This document shows, piece by piece, positions 44,923 to 58,553 of a stretch of 64,000 nucleotides of DNA. Every line of letters begins with the position of its first letter. The stretch's first letter is position 1. This stretch comes from Eledone cirrhosa (Eukaryota), in the NCBI GenBank assembly GCA_964016885.1, contig OZ024743.1, forward strand, positions 275,218,001 to 275,282,000. Direction: 5' to 3'. Both the position numbers and the translations under genes were made by a program. The notes under the pieces were generated by a model that had not been told where the DNA came from, made no database searches, and saw nothing but the letters and a program-made list of their open reading frames with translations.

Positions 44923-45387
44923 ATGCAGTTGATAGGGAGCCATGATGATTTCTCTAACCAGTTAAAATAATGATCAGATTATTATCACAATACAGTATAA
45001 TACTTGACTGTCTTATTGAAGCGGATTGAAGAGGGGGTGACTATGTATCTATGCTTGTGGGTGTGTCTTTTAAGTTTGTGTGTCTCTTTCTAATTTATCT
45101 GGAGGGGGAGGGAGTTCTTTCGTACGACTATATATATATATATATGGTTATCATTTATTGGTTATCATTTATTTTTTATCATTTATTTTGTTTTGACCTG
45201 TTTAGCTTGATTTGGTTTCTGGCTTGGGTGGTTAATGCCTTCTTGACCACCTTTTCAGTTTTGTATGGCTTCTTAACACATTGTTTAGCTCTGGTTTTTA
45301 ACTATTGAGCACTTTGCCAGTATCATTTCTGATTTTTGTGTTTCGCTTCGCTTTTCCTGCCCGCCGAAATGCGATTCTCGCTGAATC

Positions 45388-45432
<45 letters not shown>

Positions 45433-45547
45433 ATTACCACCAAGCGTGAACCTAATATAACTGTGTATAATTGCCTCCTGTGTTTTGTTCGTTCATTTTC
45501 AACTATATATATATAATAGTTATGTAATAAAAAACAAAAGGTAATTA

Positions 45548-45610
45548 TTTCATTTACCAGTGGTTTCTTGAAAACAGATATGTATGTCTGTCTTCATTCA
45601 TCAGAAGAAA
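45548..45610 (-). ncRNA. Type I hammerhead ribozyme, same family as 17354
   Basis: CTGATGA-aTGAAGACAGA/TCTGTTTTCAa-GAAA-ccactgg-TA; imperfect stem I. Confidence 0.7.
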
Positions 45611-45835
45611 TAATATGAAATATTTATTTAATATGGATTTGAAAACAGAGTTTAGGATAAATGAAATTGAGGCTGAAATAAAATAAAATAACGGGCAAAA
45701 ATTGAGGGGAAAAAATATAAATAAATATCCAAAACATAAACGTGCTCATACTCAAACTCACGCATATACGTAATAGTACGTAAACGTATACATTCACACA
45801 TAAGTATATGTGCGTCTACATGGAAATACATATAT

Positions 45836-46794
45836 AACTAGACATGAAAAATGCGCAAGCTCAAAAGTGCCACAGAATGTTATAATAAACCTTCAAAAGT
45901 GTGGGACTAGAGTTGTTGCTAAAAAATATTGTAATCATTATATATCGTACATTCTGTGGCATCCTTTATAAAAATAGCTTAAACCAACGAAGCCTTTATT
46001 TTTACGCTATTTCACTTAGTTAATTCTTAGAGTGTAACATATAAAAATATGATTTACAACTATAAAATAAATTAATTAATATAATAACAGAGCTGCGGAG
46101 CTGAAATTTAGGAAATAATGGAGTATCGGATCCTGAGTTGGAGCCAGTCAATTTTTGACCGACTCCGCAGCCCTGTATAATACATTTCATATTAAAGTTA
46201 TTAATAAACCTATTTTACACTTCATGCAAATTACCACGAGATATTGATATTAGATATAAGATACAGCGCAATATCTACAGCTGTAAAAGTACGAAAGCGA
46301 AGTAATAATAAGTGGCTTAAGGTAATTCCAATATGAAAGTTTGTAGTGATAAAAATTTGATAATGCAATACGATTGTTAATATTATAGTTCTATGAAAAT
46401 GTAACAATAGATAACTAAATTATTTTACTATTAGTATATTTAAGAAATTATCATTATAGATTTGATCGTTCATATAAGCATCATATTAAGTTTCAACACA
46501 ATTATTTTGTTACTATGAGTATATGATAATAATATTACGTAATTATTTATAGCTGTTATTACATTAAACATAGATGTATTTATTTTTATATGTTACACTC
46601 TAAGAATTAACTAAGTGAAATAGCGTAAAAATAAAGGCTTCGTTGGTTTAAGCTATTTTTATAAAGGATGCCACAGAATGTACGATATATAATGATTACA
46701 ATATTTTTTAGCAACAACTCTAGTCCCACACTTTTGAAGGTTTATTATAACATTCTGTGGCACTTTTGAGCTTGCGCATTTTTCATGTCTAGTT
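45836..46794. mobile_element. Non-autonomous TIR/fold-back element with 214-bp near-perfect arms
   Basis: 45836-46049 is the reverse complement of 46581-46794; no clear TSD. Confidence 0.85.
46088..46175. mobile_element. 88-bp hAT-type MITE nested in the fold-back element
   Basis: TIRs CAGAGCTGCGGAG / CTCCGCAGCCCTG; 8-bp TSD TATAATAA / TATAATAC. Confidence 0.75.
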
Positions 46795-47907
46795 TAATAT
46801 TTTTTTAAGGCAACGCTTGTAATAACTCTAGTTAAACAGGATATATATTAATAATAAATTATCGTTGTAATGTAATTAGATTATGTAATTGTTATTATAA
46901 ATTATCTTATAAATATTAGTGTAAGATGTATAAAAATATTTTCAGACTTTTAATATAAACAACTACAAAAAACAATCAATATTAAATCAATATATTATAC
47001 ATAATAGAAAACATAAAATATACAATACAAAAACAAAATATTTACATACAATTGCAATTATCAGTGTATATACATTTTCTTTATATTCCCTGAGCAAATT
47101 AATAAGATTTGTTTTTATTGTACATAATTTGATGACTTGTTGGAGTGTATTAAAAGATAGCAACAATTTGTGATTAAATTGTTATCTTAAGCAACTCACT
47201 TTTTAATAGTTGTTGGCTGAGCGAAATTGTAAAAGCCTATGAGCAAATATAAAAAAAAATACACAAACAACATTTCCTTGTGTTATTACAACATTAGATA
47301 AAATAATTGAGCAATGTCGTTATATTTTGCTCTTATTGCACATTAATAGTGTTTCTATTTTTCGGCACAAATCCATTACGGCAGTCCATTACTGGTACTT
47401 TATTTTATCGAATTAGTAAGTATGAAAGTCGAAGTTAACCTCGGCAGGATTTGAACTTAGAATGCAAAGGACCATAACAATACTGCAAAGCATGGTGTCT
47501 GACGCTCTACCAATACTTGTGTTGAGCTGGTCATTAATTTATGGTGGTCGTGCGTGGAGTAGAGCAATCGCTAGTTGAAATATTATGAACAAAACATTTT
47601 TATTTGCCGAAGAACATATTTTCAATACTGTTTGTGAATGTGACGAAGGAAATACATTCTGATATGGAACAGTGTACAAAGTGTGTCTGTGAATAACATA
47701 ATGTTACCTCATGTTGTTGTCAAGACATAATGGATTTCGTTTATCCAGTTAGAAGATGAAACCTAGCCATCTCGGATTAGTTATATTTCATGCCATGTGT
47801 AAACGTGTTTGAGGATAGCAAAATATGCGCGTTAATTATAATAATTAGTTAATAATATTACAAAATATACCTAATTAAACTCTTTGCTTGAAATTTTATC
47901 ATTCTTC

Positions 47908-48016
<109 letters not shown>

Positions 48017-48235
48017 TCTAGTCCTTCGCTCAAGATTAATCTATAAGTTTAGATGTTTGCCTTCGTTTAAGTAAATATTACAGTAAGATTTTTAATATAA
48101 ACAACTGCAAAAAACAATTAATATTAAAACGAAAAAATTATCAATGATAAAAGAAGCGGATGCAACTTTTTTTTTTATAAAGTTATATTCCTGTTTCTTT
48201 AAAGAACATTTCATTTTTGTTCTATTGTAGGCGAA

Positions 48236-48425
48236 ATAATTGTTTCTACTTTAGGCACAAGGCCAGCAAATTAACCAGTACATTACTGGTACTTTATTTT
48301 ATCGACCCCGTAAGGATGAAAGGCAAAGTTAACCTCGGCGGGATTTGAACTCAGACTGTAAAGGGACGTAACTATGCTAGAAAGCATGGCGTCCAACCCT
48401 CTACCGATACTGCCAATTCACCGCC
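48236..48425 (-). mobile_element. Near full-length tRNA-derived SINE; other copies about 20770-21165, 47350-47515, 48575-48624, 53730-53845 and 59630-59800
   Basis: A box TGGCAGTATCGG, B box GAGTTCAAATCC, conserved core and tail GGCCTTGTGCCTAAAGTAGAAAC. Confidence 0.85.
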
Positions 48426-50089
48426 CTGTAGGCGAAATAATGCAATGGTTTAATAGGGAAGATATAACTTACGAATTATGTCTCTAACCGTGTAACGCTT
48501 TTTAAGTAGATAACTACAATTGAAAATACTAAAGAAATGGAACCAACAATTCAATTTGAAAGTCGTCTAGTGACAGTGTATTACTGGTACTTTATTTTAT
48601 CGACCCCGTAACGATGAAAGGCAAAAATGCAAATGCTTAAAATTTAAATTGCCTTAATTCTATCGTCTGCTGTTTCATTAAAGGGAGATTATCGTCTGTA
48701 TTTAATTCTATCGTCTACTGTTCCACTAAACAGATATACCTCCACTATCGTCTCTATTTATACATTTTAACTTATAACTTATACACATTTGATTTGAAAT
48801 ATTTTATCTAGTCCCCCCTCTCAATATTATGATGATTTCTTTCGAATGAAACAGTTCTAGTCCTGTAGAAGCCATTTATATATATAATTGAACTGAGTTA
48901 AAAATTCACAATATTTATAATTAAATAAGCTCATATATATATGTGTGTATTTATCTGTTTATTGTATTATATATAATGTGTGTATATACAGGATGTCCCC
49001 CAAAAATATATACACACTTCAACAGCATTCTAATAACTATTGCCTGTACAGGTAATCAAAGTGTCAATCGAATGTTAGTTTCGTGTTTTAACAGTACAAA
49101 TTTACAATACACACATAAAACCAGTGTATATACATACATGAGTGTGTATACACATACATGAATGTGTATATACAATATATATGTATATATATATATAGAC
49201 ACATGTATTCACGGTGCAACGGTACATTAAAATATAGATGCGGGAGAGGGGGTGTATATATAGGGGCGCTGGGGATAAAGGAGTGTAAAGCGTGTGTAAT
49301 TGATATATTGAAGGAGAGGAGCGTGCAGCGATAGAGTAACAAATATATAGAGAGGGGGAGAGATGGTATTGAAGGGGAGGAGTGCAAAGCGAAAGAGTAA
49401 GAGATATAAATAGAGACGGAACAGATAGAGAGAAACAGGCGTAAGTAACAGTGGAAGAGATATAGAGAGAGGTACTCTGATTGGTTGAAAATTAGCCAAT
49501 CACATACGATCACCACCACGGCTATCCCCGAAAAATTTTTAAAGAAGCTAGGCATATATGTTAGAACACGAAAAGTGAACATTCTGTGTTTCACACTTTT
49601 CGTGTTCTAACAGATATATATATATATATAATATATATATATAATACATATATATATATATGTGTGTGTGTGTAATCAATGGTTCCTCAGACCTCTGTGG
49701 GAGTAATGACAGAGCTCCGACGAGCCATTGATTACAGAGTCGAGCTAAATCGATACAGATCGAACCTTGAGCTAATCAATAGTGAAACGCGCGTCACCAA
49801 CCAATAAACGTAATGAAGGAGTAACCATTCGTCATTGTTTTATTGTACTACACTCTCTCTAGCTCTACACCTTGATACTGACATGAACCTAAACATCGAG
49901 TGCTCACCCGAGTGAACCTACAGTAACTCTGCGTTACACTCCCTGGATATATATATATATATATATATATTACTTCAAAACTTCAAAATATTAATAAATA
50001 TAGACATTCACGTGATCAAATATATTTTATTATATATATTTCAGAGGTACTGAGCTGTTTCATCAGTTGAGGTATGTCAGACATCAATT

Positions 50090-50155
50090 TATTTTATCTG
50101 ATGAGGACGTACTGATGAAACAGCTCAGTACCTCTGAAATATATATAATAAAATA
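50090..50155 (+). ncRNA. Minimal type I hammerhead ribozyme within fold-back insert 49971-50297
   Basis: TATTTTAT-CTGATGA-..GTACTGA/TCAGTAC..-GAAA-tatata-TA-ATAAAATA. Confidence 0.75.
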
Positions 50156-50294
50156 TATTTGATCACATGAATGTCTATATTTATTAATATTTTGAAGTAA
50201 TATTAATAACTCCAGAAAACCCACTGTTGGGTGCTTCTAATCTATTGTAAAACTATATTCATTGATTAATCAATGAACCTTGTTAAACTTTTGG

Positions 50295-50373
<79 letters not shown>

Positions 50374-50377
<4 letters not shown>

Positions 50378-50533
50378 AAAATGTTTAACCCCGACTAGTC
50401 CAGAAATAACCGTCGAAACGGCTTGAGCTCTGCCGTAAGGGCTAAACATTTTCCTATTACCCACTCTACTACCTTAAGTATTGAGTACTCTGGTGCGTTA
50501 TGGTCCATCTGGTTCCTTACCATACTTCCTTCG

Positions 50534-50535
<2 letters not shown>
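50374..50535 (+). mobile_element. Family A copy with short 5' inversion
   Basis: AGGAAAATGTTTAACCC folds onto GGGCTAAACATTTTCCT; ends TTCCTTCGTTA-(TA)n. Confidence 0.85.
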
Positions 50536-50589
<54 letters not shown>

Positions 50590-51255
50590 TATAAATTATG
50601 TCCATAGAATCATTTGATAAAATATATACATTATTTCCTCTCCCAATCAGCATAATTAACCACACAAAAAACCAATTAAACCAGGCTATAAGATTAAAAG
50701 GCACCTATGAAGAAATAATAGATAAATAAACGACAGCCATCTATTCGCGATCAACAGCTATAAAATATTTACCCAGCATTTCAATAGCACGTGGAAATCG
50801 ATTAAATATATCGTCAACCATACACAATTAAGTATAAAATTAAAGTTAGAAGAAAAAATGCATATAAACATACCAGGATTACGTTTCTACTCTTTAGGGT
50901 TTCATTCGCTTTTGGAAATATCCGATCAAGGATAAATTTCCGAGCTTCGAAATCATCAGGAAACAAACTCACTTGGACGAAGATTTTTCTGACTACTACT
51001 ACTGACGTGAGAATGAATACACAATACTGAAGGAGAGTTTAAATATTCTTTATTATGGTGTTGAATCGTGTTGCTCTGGAGTTTCACCTGTGTACTCACA
51101 GGATCATCAGACAAGACCATGATCTTGTAAGTTTGTAGGTGAAACTCCAGACTGGCACTACTCATCCTTTTGTCATAATAAAGTATATATATATACAACA
51201 CCATAATAAAGAATATTTAAACTCTCCTTCGTTATTGTGCATTCATTCTCACGTC

Positions 51256-51308
<53 letters not shown>

Positions 51309-51322
51309 CAGCAGCAGCAGCA

Positions 51323-51512
<190 letters not shown>

Positions 51513-51779
51513 CAGCAGCAGCAGTAGTAGTAGTAGTAGTAGTAGTAGTATAAGGGGTTCCTGTAGTTGTAGACTTCAACACAACATGTACCAAATTTAA
51601 TTGGTGATTCATGGGTACATCATATACCCTAAGGAAAACACACGCCAGTCGTATTTAATCAGGCACACACACGCGCAACAAAAATCAGACTAGCTCATAG
51701 AAACACATACACTCATACATATATAAACACATACTTTTATAGACATATACATACCGGAGTGTGTATATATATATATATA

Positions 51780-51826
<47 letters not shown>

Positions 51827-51878
51827 ATTGATTGGTGGTGATGACGATGATGACAATAATGATTTGTTTATACGCACG

Positions 51879-51948
<70 letters not shown>

Positions 51949-52168
51949 TGGAAAGAGAGAGACATAAATCTGCATTTAGAAATACACATATGCAAGTTTG
52001 CTTGTGATTAAGTTATATAGGTGCACAGGTGCACGCATTGTTGCATCAACATATTCATATGTGTCTATAAGTGCATAGAACAACTATGAAAGTAATTATA
52101 TATATATATATATATTGTATATATATATTTTTTTTTTTAAATGTATAATAAACAATACAATATAATGA

Positions 52169-52237
52169 CCTCATTACCAGAGGTTTCCCGAATAAGACGA
52201 ATACAAAAAAACGTCCTCATTCGTTCATCGGACAAGG
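52169..52237 (-). ncRNA. Hammerhead motif with core variant CCGATGA
   Basis: CCTTGT/ATGAGG stem I, CGAATgAGGACG/CGTCTTATTCG stem II, GAAA-cctctgg-TA. Confidence 0.65.
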
Positions 52238-52308
52238 CAATTTTCTCTACTTACATAGAGCACTCTTCACTCCTATGACTTTTTCAATTTTCAATGGAAA
52301 CTTCAATA

Positions 52309-52356
<48 letters not shown>

Positions 52357-52424
52357 AAAATAACAGATTAAAGTTTAAGCAAAGAATCGCTGCTTTGGAT
52401 TTTAGTCTTCAAATTTATTAGTAT

Positions 52425-52869
<445 letters not shown>

Positions 52870-52921
52870 AGGAGGTGAGTTTTATTGTAGTACAATAAAG
52901 CAATGCAGATATCGGATAAGA

Positions 52922-52973
<52 letters not shown>

Positions 52974-52980
<7 letters not shown>

Positions 52981-53642
52981 CAAATAACGAAACGAAATTA
53001 AATTTCGTTTCGTTTGTAACTCACTTTTGTATGACTGACGCTTAAACAATTAAGTTAAAAATGTACATCTACATATGCATACTGAAATACTAGTATGCAT
53101 ATGAATACACACACGTATACATATGTAGATGTACCAAGTCTTTCACTGGTTACTTTACTGTGAGTATCCAGCTATTCTGTATGTAAACACACAGACAAAC
53201 CGGTTTTTAGAGTCATACTGGTTTTTGATGAAACACCTTTCCTCTATTCTCCAGAAAGCCAGACAAGGAATATTGAACTAGTTTCGTTGTTGTTACAACT
53301 CATCAGCAATATTTACCTATCTACCGGCCTTTCTGGAGAATCGTAAAAGCACATATCGTTATATGCTTTTTCTATGAAAATTAGTAGTGGGCAGACTAAT
53401 TTGCATAGAGTGTGAGTACGTACCGGTTCAACGGAGACGATAAAAACAAATAACGAAACGAAATTAAATTTCGTTTCGTTTGTAACTCACTTTTGTATGA
53501 CTGACGCTTAAACAATTAAGTTAAAAATGTACATCTACATATGCATACTGAAATACTAGTATGCATATGAATACACACACGTATACATATGTAGATGTAC
53601 CAAGTCTTTCACTGGTTACTTTACTGGATACTCACAGTAAAG

Positions 53643-53646
<4 letters not shown>
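52974..53646 (-). mobile_element. Retrozyme-like element: 466-bp unit, 187-bp terminal redundancy, one HHR
   Basis: 52974-53160 equals 53440-53626; short terminal inversion; (TA)n flanks. Confidence 0.75.
53269..53313 (-). ncRNA. Minimal type I hammerhead ribozyme
   Basis: AATATTG-CTGATGA-GTTG/CAAC-GAAA-ctag-TT-CAATATT; 7-bp perfect stem I. Confidence 0.85.
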
Positions 53647-53720
<74 letters not shown>

Positions 53721-53862
53721 CTTTCAAATGAGTTCAAATCCCGCCGAGGTTGACTTTGCCTTTCATCCTTACGGGGTCGATAAAATAAAGTACCAGTAAT
53801 GCACTGGGTAATTGCTGGCCTTGTGCCTAAAGTAGAAGCAATTACTATATATATATATATAT

Positions 53863-54155
53863 AAAGATATCGTGTATCAAACAAAGATACGAGACATCGC
53901 TGATCTAAGGCAAAAGATCACTGATGCTTTTGCCACCATTGATGAGGCTATGCTACAGCGAACATTGTAAGAAATCGAGTACCGTCTTGATGTGCTTCGT
54001 GCAACTAATGCTGCCCATATAGAAGTGTATTAAATTAGGTGAAAAAACACTTTAATGTCTACTTATCATTTTGTAATAATTTCTACATATTTGTCTGTTC
54101 ATTTGCTTTTGTAATAAAATTTTTTAAATTGTTAAGAGACTTTATGGACACCCTG
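53863..54155 (+). mobile_element. Tc1/mariner-superfamily transposon 3' remnant
   Basis: KDIVYQTKIRDIADLRQKITDAFATIDEAMLQRTL*EIEYRLDVLRATNAAHIEVY*; ends TTATGGACACCCTG followed by TA. Confidence 0.8.
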
Positions 54156-54467
54156 TATTGTTTCTGGGTATCACCAACTCTGAGAGTTTGGCAGGTGAAC
54201 AGTGAGCTGTACTGATGAAGGGTGATACCCGAAAACATTAGTGTCTGCAGTTCTCTTCGCATGCCAACACAAGAGCAAGAATGAAGTGTTCATTCTACTG
54301 ACATGGCTATAAAATTGAGGCTTGTTTGCATAATTGCAAACGAATCGAATGTTATTATTAATATTCGAAAAACTCAGATTATATATATATATATAAGGTA
54401 AACAGAAATAACAACACAATCGGTACAGTATATGGAAGGGTTAACGCTTGATATAGCAGGAAGAGGG

Positions 54468-54502
54468 TCTTAACGTTTCGGACGCTAGTCCTTCATCAGA
54501 AA
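54468..54502 (-). ncRNA. Minimal hammerhead motif in the 3' tail of the adjacent PLE; degenerate copy at about 43407-43437
   Basis: CTGATGA-a-GGAC-tagc-GTCC-GAAACGTTA; weak stem I. Confidence 0.7.
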
Positions 54503-54782
54503 AAAGAATGAGAAATAAGATAGATTGAGGGGACGGGCGGATTGGAATTGGAAAAAATGTCTTTAGATAAAAATAACAGGTCCATGTTGACATCTCTTGC
54601 AAAACTGTTGGTGCTGGCGTCTTGTGTATGATTTATATTTTAGAAACGTGGATGATGGAGTGCGTCTACCTGAAATGGAAAAAAAACATTTTGTAAAAAG
54701 AGCCATACTTGTGCACGTGCGTAAACATGTGTGTGTGTGTGTGTGCGTGTGTGTTATTATATCCGTACGAAGCTAAGAAGAA

Positions 54783-54947
<165 letters not shown>

Positions 54948-55144
54948 AGTAAAAGAGTGTGTGCATGTAAGTACGAAGCTATGAGCAAAAGTATGTTAAT
55001 ATAAGGGTGCGTATGTGTGTATACAGACCAGTGAAGGGAAAAGTGGAGTGAGCATATATAGTCGGCATGTATTAGTTTTAAGAGAAGATGTTAATGATCA
55101 AGAGAAAGCGATAGGAATCTAGGGGTGTGATAATGCACGGGGTA

Positions 55145-55988
55145 TTAGAGAAATTGGGGAGGTGAGTTGAGTCCAAGAGGGGAATAGGACCCAAGGCGGT
55201 GAATCAGACTTTGTTCAGTCCTGGTGCGCGAGTACTGTGATCCATGATGTAAAAGGACACCCAGGACTGAAACATGTAGGGAAGACTGGCCAGGAGAACA
55301 GAAATGACGGGCGACAGGAGTATCTAAACCGAGTCGTATGTCCCTCGAATGTTCGGCAAAACGGTCCGCCATACGGCGCTTAAAAGCAGTAATGGGTGAG
55401 TTTGGAAAAAAGCGAGAAGTGACGGGGTCAGAAGAGAGGATACGGAAGGAACGGAGGATATGTCGCCGGAGTGGTAGTGTGATGGGGTGGTAGGTGAGAG
55501 GGAAAGGAACACGGGTGTTGGGAGGGCGGGAGGTGAGGTGAGAGGGCTGTGGTGCGGTCTGTTTCACGGGCGCGGGTGAGAGCAACTTGGATCAGGGTGG
55601 GGAGATATCCACGCTGGATGAAACAGGAAGCCATGCAAAGGTAATGAGTTTCGAAATCGTCGTCCTGGCTACAGAGCCGAGGAAGACAGAGGAATTGGGA
55701 ATAGGGTATGGAGTGTTTGGTGTAGGTTGGATGGGAGGAGGTGAAGTCGAGGTAAGATTGGGAGTCTGTTGGTTTAATGAAGATGGAAGTAGAGAGGGTG
55801 TGGTGAGAGTGATTAATAGATAGAGAGATATCTAGAAAAGCGACAGAAGAATCGGAGACGGAGGCGGTGAAATTGAGAGCAGGGTGGAAAGATTGGACAA
55901 AAGAAAGAAAACAGTCAAGCTGTTCTCGTGATAGAGAGGTGGCGCCGATGCAGTCGTCGATATAACGACCGTATAGATCAGGAGACAA
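55145..55988 (-). pseudogene. PLE (Neptune-like) RT thumb plus internally deleted endonuclease
   Basis: RYIDDC, FLDISL, KPTDSQSYL..SSHP..SIPYSQF, RGY, LTYHP, RFAEH, PVARHF and PLGLN. Frameshifted. Confidence 0.9.
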
Positions 55989-56164
55989 ACGTTCCTGGCT
56001 TTGGATAAAAGAAAATACAGGAGGATCAGTTAATTAAGATTTTATTCAACATATTCCCCTCTCAAATTCACACACTTATTGCAGCGGTCCTACCTGCCCT
56101 GTAAAGGTAACAGTTCTAATCTTTCGCGAGACCCTTAAGCCGGGAACTTTTCAGCATTCCTGTA
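55989..56164 (-). mobile_element. mariner-derived short element
   Basis: GTTCCTGGCTT / AAGCCGGGAAC inverted ends; minus-strand KCVNLRGEYVE* resembles a mariner C-terminus. Confidence 0.65.
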
Positions 56165-57365
56165 TATGCATGATCGTGTGGTAAACCACTTGGTTTCTGG
56201 TTCAGTCTCACTGTGTGGCACCTTTGCCAATTGTCTTCTATTCTAGCCGCGGATTGACTTTAAGGTCTTAGTGGAAACGGTGTAGAAAGCCGGAGTGGGA
56301 AGATAAAAATCAAGTCCAACTACGCAGCCCCCGGGGATACAGACCTCAGAAAAACATTACTGGACCTTATAAGATCACAGTTTTATACAAATTTGTTGAA
56401 TTAACTTAAATAAGTAATTATTTCCCACGATCAATGGTTAAATCACTAAACATTTTTGCCGCATAGCAGCGTTGTGGAATTATCCAAAACGGTGAAGAGG
56501 TTCGTATGGCGTTATGACCTTTTGCATGATTTGGTGTATGTGAATGTGGACTGTGGAGTAGAAATTGCAAGCTAAGTAATTTCTTAGGTTGTTCAGAGTA
56601 AGAAGTGGCAAAAACTAAGTTCGTCAGCTTACAAAACTGTAAATTAAAAATATTTCATTTGGGAGAACGAGGCATTTAACCGGAAGAAGCGGGCGGATAT
56701 TGTTGAGCTAGTCAACGACACTAAACAGACCCAGGCGTCGGCTCTGTATAAACCACCAAGCATTCTATCCAGTGATTTATTGATTCTGCCACCTTGTCGT
56801 CCCCAATGAAATCCTCGTATTAATCATCTTATCATTGAAATTAAGCAGTGTTAACTACATCCTGTCAGAGTTTTGGCTACGGTGATCTTAAACGTTCTTC
56901 TAGATCTTGCCTTCTGCTGTAACTTTCTTTCTTCGTTTAATTTATGGAATCCCAGTATGGTCGTTTATATTCAAAGAAACACTATAGAATTTATCAGAAC
57001 TCTGCAGAAAGAAGTATCCAAAGATTATAAATTCTTTCAGTGAAAATCACAACGCTAAAAATCATATTCGGAAAAAAATTTTAATATAAATTCACACACA
57101 CACACACACATACATATATATATAGAGAGAGGGGGGTTATGGTTTTATTTATTTAGTTTCTTATAAAATAGCTATGGTGTTTCAGCAAAGCGAAACATCA
57201 TAGCTATTTTGTAAGAAACGGAATTAATCTTTTCCAGTCCGTGATATTCAAATATTTACTTGGTTGGTTTATCTACGCATGCGAGTAATTTTTACACCAC
57301 CCTGGATCGGTAAGGATTAATTCTGTTTGCTAACAGGTAAATATTGTTTTACACTTTCAAAGAAT

Positions 57366-57458
57366 GCCCTCTGAAGAAATTGTCTTCTTCGGTAATGCCT
57401 GTTTTATGTATTGAAATGGTCCATGCTGTTTCTTGATAATTGAAACTGCGGTAAAGGC
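57366..57458 (+). ncRNA. Hammerhead ribozyme with long stem II, in a hairpin-rich segment of about 500 bp
   Basis: GCCcT-CTGAAGA-AATTGTC...GATAATT-GAAA-ctgcgg-TA-AaGGC. Confidence 0.65.
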
Positions 57459-57841
57459 GAGATTAATGGTGAAGCTGTCTTATTTTAGATGGCTTTACTA
57501 GGATCTACCCGTTGCTAACTTTGTAAAAGTTATACTATTGTATATGCATACTCTTCTCTAAATAGATAAGTTTAACTATCTTTCCATTGAGATGTTTCTA
57601 TATGTCAGTGACAAATAACCGTCTGTATTATGACATTTGATGCAGGTTCATGGTTATTTGTGCAAGAATTTATCTCTCTCTCTCTCTCTCATTCTATATA
57701 TATATATATATATTTCCCGCCTTCTCTTCACACCAGCGTACATACGGGTCACTTTTACGACCTTTCAGACCTGTGTCAGTTGGAGACGAGGTCATATATT
57801 TTATCGTTCCTGAGGTTTTTAACCCTAGGAAAGAAAAATGC

Positions 57842-57919
57842 TTCTCTGATGATCTTTGTTTTTCCCTTAATATCCATGTGATATCTAATGTTTTGCAAAG
57901 TGAAACTGTACAGTAAGGG
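57842..57919 (+). ncRNA. Type I hammerhead ribozyme, copy 1
   Basis: TTCT-CTGATGA-tCTTTG...CAAAGt-GAAA-ctgtacag-TA-AGGG. Confidence 0.75.
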
Positions 57920-58360
57920 CCATTTGAATAAGTAAATATTTATATTATATTTTTTAATTTTGATTAATTTTAATTGTAAATTAATTTTGATTTATTTTGA
58001 AAAATTGGTTGAATTTTACTTGTTCTGCTTATCTTGATATTAAGTTCTGGTATATCAAATTATTACCATAGAACCACCTTGAATCATAGACAACCTATGT
58101 ATTTCTAGGGGTACCTTGTACCCTCAGATATATTAACTTTATTCATTATTCTCCGTTATGTAGAGAACAAATCTGTCGTTCTATCTAGCTGCTAATTTTT
58201 TTAGTGGCGACTATAGACAACAAGTCTACGATTTCCCGCCTTCACTTCACACCAGCGTACATACGGGTCACTTTTACGACCTTTCAGACCTGTGTCAGTT
58301 GGAGACAAGGTCATATATTTTATCGTTCCTGAGGTTTTTAACCCTAGGAAAGGAAAATGC

Positions 58361-58438
58361 TTCTCTGATGATCTTTGTTTTTCCATTAATATCCATGTGA
58401 TATCTAATGTTTTGCAAAGTGAAACTGTACAGTAAGGG
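58361..58438 (+). ncRNA. Type I hammerhead ribozyme, copy 2
   Basis: Same motif 519 bp downstream. Confidence 0.75.
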
Positions 58439-58553
58439 CCATTTGAATAGGTAAATATTTATATTATATTTTTTAATTTTGATTAATTTTAATTGTAAAT
58501 TAATTTTGATTTATTTTGAAAAATTGCTTGAATTTTACTTGTTCTGCTTATCT

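Noticed and set aside
43937-44975. Trinucleotide array as a mucin-like exon
   Set aside because: A donor-like site exists, but the frame is broken by indels and the phase does not fit the next candidate exon.
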